A stretch of DNA of 64,000 nucleotides, taken from Fimbriimonadales bacterium. Lineage in GTDB: Bacteria > Armatimonadota > Fimbriimonadia > Fimbriimonadales > ATM1. The stretch spans positions 98,971-162,970 of the forward strand of contig JBGTLG010000030.1 of the NCBI GenBank assembly GCA_041744215.1, written 5' to 3'. The notes under the pieces are model-generated. The model did not search any database and had not been told where the DNA came from. It worked only from the letters and a program-made list of their open reading frames with translations. Position numbers and translations under genes: made by a program. Positions 60,141-64,000 of this stretch are shown piece after piece. Position 1 is the stretch's first letter. The number at the start of each line of letters is the position of its first letter.

Positions 60141-61169
60141 GTGATCATGAATCTTTTCACTCTTGCTACGGCGATTGGGGCGCTCGCTCAAGCGCCGGCG
60201 GGGCCAGCTCCGCTACTTGCCACTTATGTCGACGGAGTCTACGGCTTCATCGACCGTACCGGGAAGGTCATCGTCGAGCCAACCTATGACTACGCAGGGT
60301 TCATGCTCGAAGACATGGCCGTCGTTTCGAAGGATGAAAAGTTCGGCTACGTCGATAAAACTGGGCGGCTCGCAATTCCCGCGAAGTACGACGACGCGTT
60401 CGACTTTAGCGAGGGACTAGCTGCGGTTTTCACTGGCGAGAAGTACGGATACATCGATAAGTCCGGGAAGATGGTCATCGACGCGAAGTTTGATCCGGCT
60501 GCCGATGAAACGCCGTGCCGTCCCTTCAACGAAGGGCTCGCGGCGTTTCAAGACTACGATAAGGAGCGGTTCGGGTTTATCGATAAATCTGGAAACATCG
60601 CGATCGAGCCTAAGTTCCACTGGGTGGGCAACTTCAGCGATGGCCTGGCGCGAGCTGAGTACGAATTCGATAAGTACGGTTTCATAGACAAGACTGGAAA
60701 GGTAGTCATCGAGTTAGAAGATTATCCTTTCGAGGCTTTTTCCGAAGGGTTGTGCCCAATCGCAAAAGGCGAGAAGGTCGGCGTGATCGATCGCACCGGC
60801 AAACTCGTGATTGAAGCGAAGTACGATGACGTGGGCCCCTTCAGCGAAGGTTTAGCTTGGTTTATGGAAGGCGAGAAGGTTGGATTCATCGACAAGACTG
60901 GAAAGGTTGTGATTCCGGCGAAGTACCCGCTCGATGATGAAAGCGAGTCAATGCCCGTTGGAAGCTTCAAGAGTGGACTCGCTTGGTTTCGCGAGGGCAT
61001 AGGCGACAAAGCGCGCGAGGGATACATCGACAAGACCGGCAAGATCGTGATCCCCGCGAAGTTTCTTGTCGCGTTCGATTTCGAGCATGGAATCGCCGAA
61101 GTTTTCACCGACGACAACAAACAGGCGTACATCAACGCCAAGGGCGAGTTCATCTGGAAAGCTCCCTGA
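60141..61169 (+). CDS. Exported WG-repeat (KWG) protein
   Basis: About nine repeats of G(F/Y)ID(K/R)(T/S)GK(V/I)VI...FSEGLA after a signal peptide. Confidence 0.92.
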   Translation: MIMNLFTLATAIGALAQAPAGPAPLLATYVDGVYGFIDRTGKVIVEPTYDYAGFMLEDMAVVSKDEKFGYVDKTGRLAIPAKYDDAFDFSEGLAAVFTGEKYGYIDKSGKMVIDAKFDPAADETPCRPFNEGLAAFQDYDKERFGFIDKSGNIAIEPKFHWVGNFSDGLARAEYEFDKYGFIDKTGKVVIELEDYPFEAFSEGLCPIAKGEKVGVIDRTGKLVIEAKYDDVGPFSEGLAWFMEGEKVGFIDKTGKVVIPAKYPLDDESESMPVGSFKSGLAWFREGIGDKAREGYIDKTGKIVIPAKFLVAFDFEHGIAEVFTDDNKQAYINAKGEFIWKAP

Positions 61170-61219
61170 GTTAGGGAGCGCCATTCCATCGTTTGCGAAC
61201 AATCAGACGAAACTGTCGG

Positions 61220-61741
61220 CTATGTCTTCTTTTTGAAAGTGCCTTCTCCGCCCTTTGTCCATGTTTCGCCCTCTTTGAACTCCAGCAAGAAATGAAGTTC
61301 ATCCGCGCCTTTTTTCGTTATCGTTGCTCGTCCGACCACCAATTCACCCTCACCGGTGTTCCACGGCTCGCTCGTCATCACAAGCGTGTCGCCCGTCAGA
61401 GTTCCGGCTTCTAATCGGGGGTCCGGGGAGAAGTTTGTAAAGGTCCACCCGCGATACTTCTTTGAGGCTGCGTCCCACCCATAGTAGGCGGTTTCGGTGA
61501 ACATCATTCCCATCATGTCCATCTTGCTGGTGTGTTTCAGGAACTGTCCTTCCCATTCGCATTTGACTGTGTAGGGGACTTCGGCCTCCATCATGTAAGT
61601 CCAGTCCACTTTGCCAGACCATTCGCCCACCATCCAGTCGAGTTTCTTGAGTTCCGTTGGCGGCTCCATCGGCCCCTGGGAATCTGCCGCGCCAGCCATA
61701 AACAGGATGGCGACCGCCGCGATCATAGTGCGTGCTTTCAT
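61220..61741 (-). CDS. DUF1579-family exported protein
   Basis: AAGGAGG RBS, signal peptide, ELKKLDWMVGEWSG, YGWDAASKKY. Confidence 0.8.
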   Translation of the reverse strand: MKARTMIAAVAILFMAGAADSQGPMEPPTELKKLDWMVGEWSGKVDWTYMMEAEVPYTVKCEWEGQFLKHTSKMDMMGMMFTETAYYGWDAASKKYRGWTFTNFSPDPRLEAGTLTGDTLVMTSEPWNTGEGELVVGRATITKKGADELHFLLEFKEGETWTKGGEGTFKKKT

Positions 61742-61891
61742 AAGAGTCCTCCTTATTGCTTGAAGCGCCATTCTATCCGAGGGCCGCGCCCGAAAGCGAG
61801 GATTCTCCTTGCAAGTGCGCGATGGTATCACGGATCGCGCGACTGCGTGTTGCGAGTTGATACCTGCCCTCTCATCAGAACGCGATGAAAT

Positions 61892-61958
61892 CCTGGGGCA
61901 AGTCCGCGTTGGGAGTCTTGTGCAACGCGAAGTTGTGTGCCGCGAGATTTGCCCCAGG
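61892..61958. repeat. Long imperfect inverted repeat (hairpin)
   Basis: CCTGGGGCAAGTCCGCG ... CGCGAGATTTGCCCCAGG with an inner GCAAC/GTTGT stem. Confidence 0.7.
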
Positions 61959-62095
61959 CACCCCGAACGAAAGCTCTTCTTTCACACCCCGGCCACCCGC
62001 CGAGCCGATACACCACGCTCGCACCAATCTCGTCATCAACTTCTCAACTCTTTATGCATGTAGACCTTCTAGGCTGTCGGACGATCAGGAGCATA

Positions 62096-62926
62096 TCAGA
62101 AGTGCTTGATCTTATCGAACCCTTCGTATCGGTGTTTTCTCGTCCGCATGTAGTGTTTCCACGGCCGAAGGTCGCTGTTTTGCCCAAGCAGTTCGGCTGC
62201 ATCCAGACAAGGAGAGTTGCTATTGACAAGCAACAGTTCAGGCCAACTGAGCAAGCAGAATTTGTGCAACTGTCTGCGACTCAGCTCCTGCGGGCGGCGG
62301 GCGCCCACTTCCCATCTTGACCAGACGACGAAGCGCTCGCTCTTGGTTAGACCAGTTGCCAATAGTGGACGCCAGGCCCCTGCCGAGAGCGCCTCCCAAA
62401 CTTTGTCCGATGCGTTGCCTTCTCCTCTCAGCACCACGAAGTCATGGTGCTCGGCACTGCTGAGTTGGGCAACGGACTCGACGCTTGCAAGCTCAACGGC
62501 CGGAATGTTCTCAGGTTCGGCCAGCGGCAAGAGTTCTGGCTCAGGTGATGTGTGCATCCAGATCCAGGGATAAGGAGGAGAACAGTCCGCCAACAGCATT
62601 AGCGTAGGCGCAAATCCTCGGTACAAGGCCGACCAGTTGAGCGGTTGTAAGTCGCCAGCGCTAAGCAAGTCGCGGAATGAAGTATCGGGATAATCTACAT
62701 GCACGGAAAGCGGCGCGTAACCTTTCATGCAAAGTGACAAACTGACTTGAACGGCTACCTGTTGCTCTAAGTATTGGAGCGTGGTAGCGGCCGATTCCGG
62801 CGTGGTCCCCTCTGAAACAAACTCGGGTACGTATGTGTATTGCGTGGTAGCGCACGCTCGCGGCGAGGCGATCTGTGCAAGCAATTCTCCCTCAACGGGA
62901 GTTAGCTCAGTCCAATTCAGCTTCAT
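62096..62926 (-). CDS. Hypothetical protein, candidate immunity protein for the RHS toxin
   Basis: Starts 9 nt after the RHS stop codon on the same strand; no recognisable motif. Confidence 0.55.
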   Translation of the reverse strand: MKLNWTELTPVEGELLAQIASPRACATTQYTYVPEFVSEGTTPESAATTLQYLEQQVAVQVSLSLCMKGYAPLSVHVDYPDTSFRDLLSAGDLQPLNWSALYRGFAPTLMLLADCSPPYPWIWMHTSPEPELLPLAEPENIPAVELASVESVAQLSSAEHHDFVVLRGEGNASDKVWEALSAGAWRPLLATGLTKSERFVVWSRWEVGARRPQELSRRQLHKFCLLSWPELLLVNSNSPCLDAAELLGQNSDLRPWKHYMRTRKHRYEGFDKIKHF

Positions 62927-62935
62927 GAGGAAAGC

Positions 62936-64000
62936 CTAGTTTAGCGGAGTCAGAAGCTTGAACGAGTCGGTAGGTTTTGAGACCATAACTCGATGAACAA
63001 TCTGAAGCTGACCTTCGACCTCAGCTACAACGTACTCAAAGAACACATCTTTGCCTCGGTATCGCCCCTTGAGCAGATATCCTCTCGCGCCTCGTTTTCT
63101 GCTTGCTATTGCCACACCTTCGGTGAGGTCAACCATCGCATCCACGGCCTGTGTAAATCTGTGCCCAATGTCATTCGGAGGAGTTTTCAAGAGTTTGTCG
63201 AGATACTTTCCCTCGATCGGCAGATCAAGGAGTGTCCTCGAGGGTTTACTGGAATGCCTAGCGCGCGATACATCCGCAAGCGCTTCCGCCGATTTACTGA
63301 GTCGCTTATAAGCTTTTCCCGCCTTGCCTATCGCACCGATCGCCGGAATTGGCGTGATCGGGTTATCGATAACAGCATCTAGCGCCGCACTCCCCGCGCG
63401 CCTAAGAGCCTCCCCAGTCGAGCCGCCAGCATAGCCGCCTCTCCCTGGCGCATCGAGCATCCGGTACGGCTTGCTCGCTGGACTCGGGCCGACGACGTAG
63501 CCGCCCCCATCGGCCGCAGGAACCAGCGGCGCGGCGACAGGGCCGCCGCTCGCCGAAACAGGGTTGTTCGACCCTCCATCGCCAAACGACGCGTAGCCTC
63601 CGCCCGGGCTGCTCCGGCTCACAGACATGATGAACCGGCCGATGCTCGGATCGTAAAACGCGCCTTCGCCCGAATAGATCAGGCCCGAGTCGCCTTCTGT
63701 CTCGCTGCCTGTCCCGCCAAACGCTCCGAAAGGCGAGTTCGTCGACCCAGTGGCAGAGAGTGGGTTGCCCCATGCGTCCCATGTGCGCGACGATGCAGTG
63801 GATTCGTTCGAGGCGGTTTCGCGCCCGTTTTCACCTTGCGCGCCGAAGTGATAGAACCTGCTGACGCTGCTCCTTCGCTCAGAGATTCCCGGCGTGTACG
63901 CCGCGCTCCCATCCGACAGGATCGCCGAACCAGACGAAGCCCCCGCCCGCGCAAACGTGAAGCTTCCGCCGGAATCAGTCTTCGACACACGCGCACCAAA
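62936..64000 (-). CDS. RHS-repeat protein, C-terminal part with degenerate core and putative toxin domain (5'-truncated by window edge)
   Basis: RVSKTDS, YTPGISERR, WDAWGN, DSGLIY, YDPSIGRF, NNPV; frame open to the window end. Confidence 0.8.
   Translation of the reverse strand, partial: FGARVSKTDSGGSFTFARAGASSGSAILSDGSAAYTPGISERRSSVSRFYHFGAQGENGRETASNESTASSRTWDAWGNPLSATGSTNSPFGAFGGTGSETEGDSGLIYSGEGAFYDPSIGRFIMSVSRSSPGGGYASFGDGGSNNPVSASGGPVAAPLVPAADGGGYVVGPSPASKPYRMLDAPGRGGYAGGSTGEALRRAGSAALDAVIDNPITPIPAIGAIGKAGKAYKRLSKSAEALADVSRARHSSKPSRTLLDLPIEGKYLDKLLKTPPNDIGHRFTQAVDAMVDLTEGVAIASRKRGARGYLLKGRYRGKDVFFEYVVAEVEGQLQIVHRVMVSKPTDSFKLLTPLN

Noticed and set aside
60230-61160. Repeated DNA words (ATCGACAAGACTGGAAAGGT-like) suggesting a CRISPR array
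   Set aside because: They are in-frame codon-level repeats of the WG-repeat protein, degenerate at third positions, and no cas genes are present.

Overview
Gene-dense bacterial chromosome segment with about 55 CDSs. It is tentatively Armatimonadota/Fimbriimonadia-like, an inference from protein styles that was not tested. Positions 1-51.5 kb are mostly housekeeping and envelope genes: hppA, split sucD and sucC, MarR plus cysteine desulfurase, a sigma-70 factor, gcvH-gcvPA-gcvPB, era, lptF/G-lptD, plsY, glnE, a GH4 glycosidase, pstB, moeA, wecB, a glycosyltransferase, a heparinase-like protein, rdgB-rph-prmA-dnaJ-rpoZ, ilvE and ccmABCD (ccmD is missing from the ORF track). From 51.7 kb on the window is largely accessory: secreted hypothetical proteins, a WG-repeat protein and a partial RHS toxin with a candidate immunity gene. 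The most striking observation is an unannotated gene at 55264-55884. It encodes a signal peptide, then Cys-Pro-Leu-UGA with a hairpin right after the UGA, then an in-frame His-rich outer-membrane beta-barrel-like domain, making it a candidate CxxU selenoprotein porin. Other highlights are a highly structured ~140-nt RNA leader behind a strong promoter upstream of the sigma factor, a cytoplasmic Ser/Thr kinase carrying a fourfold CxxC repeat I do not recognise, a GH42-like protein with disordered tails that share a VRFRAK motif, two convergent genes that appear fused by a deletion, an RHS core lacking its autoproteolysis aspartates, and widespread leaderless-type -10 boxes. No tRNA, rRNA, CRISPR array or transposase was seen. 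All calls are by eye, with no database searches.
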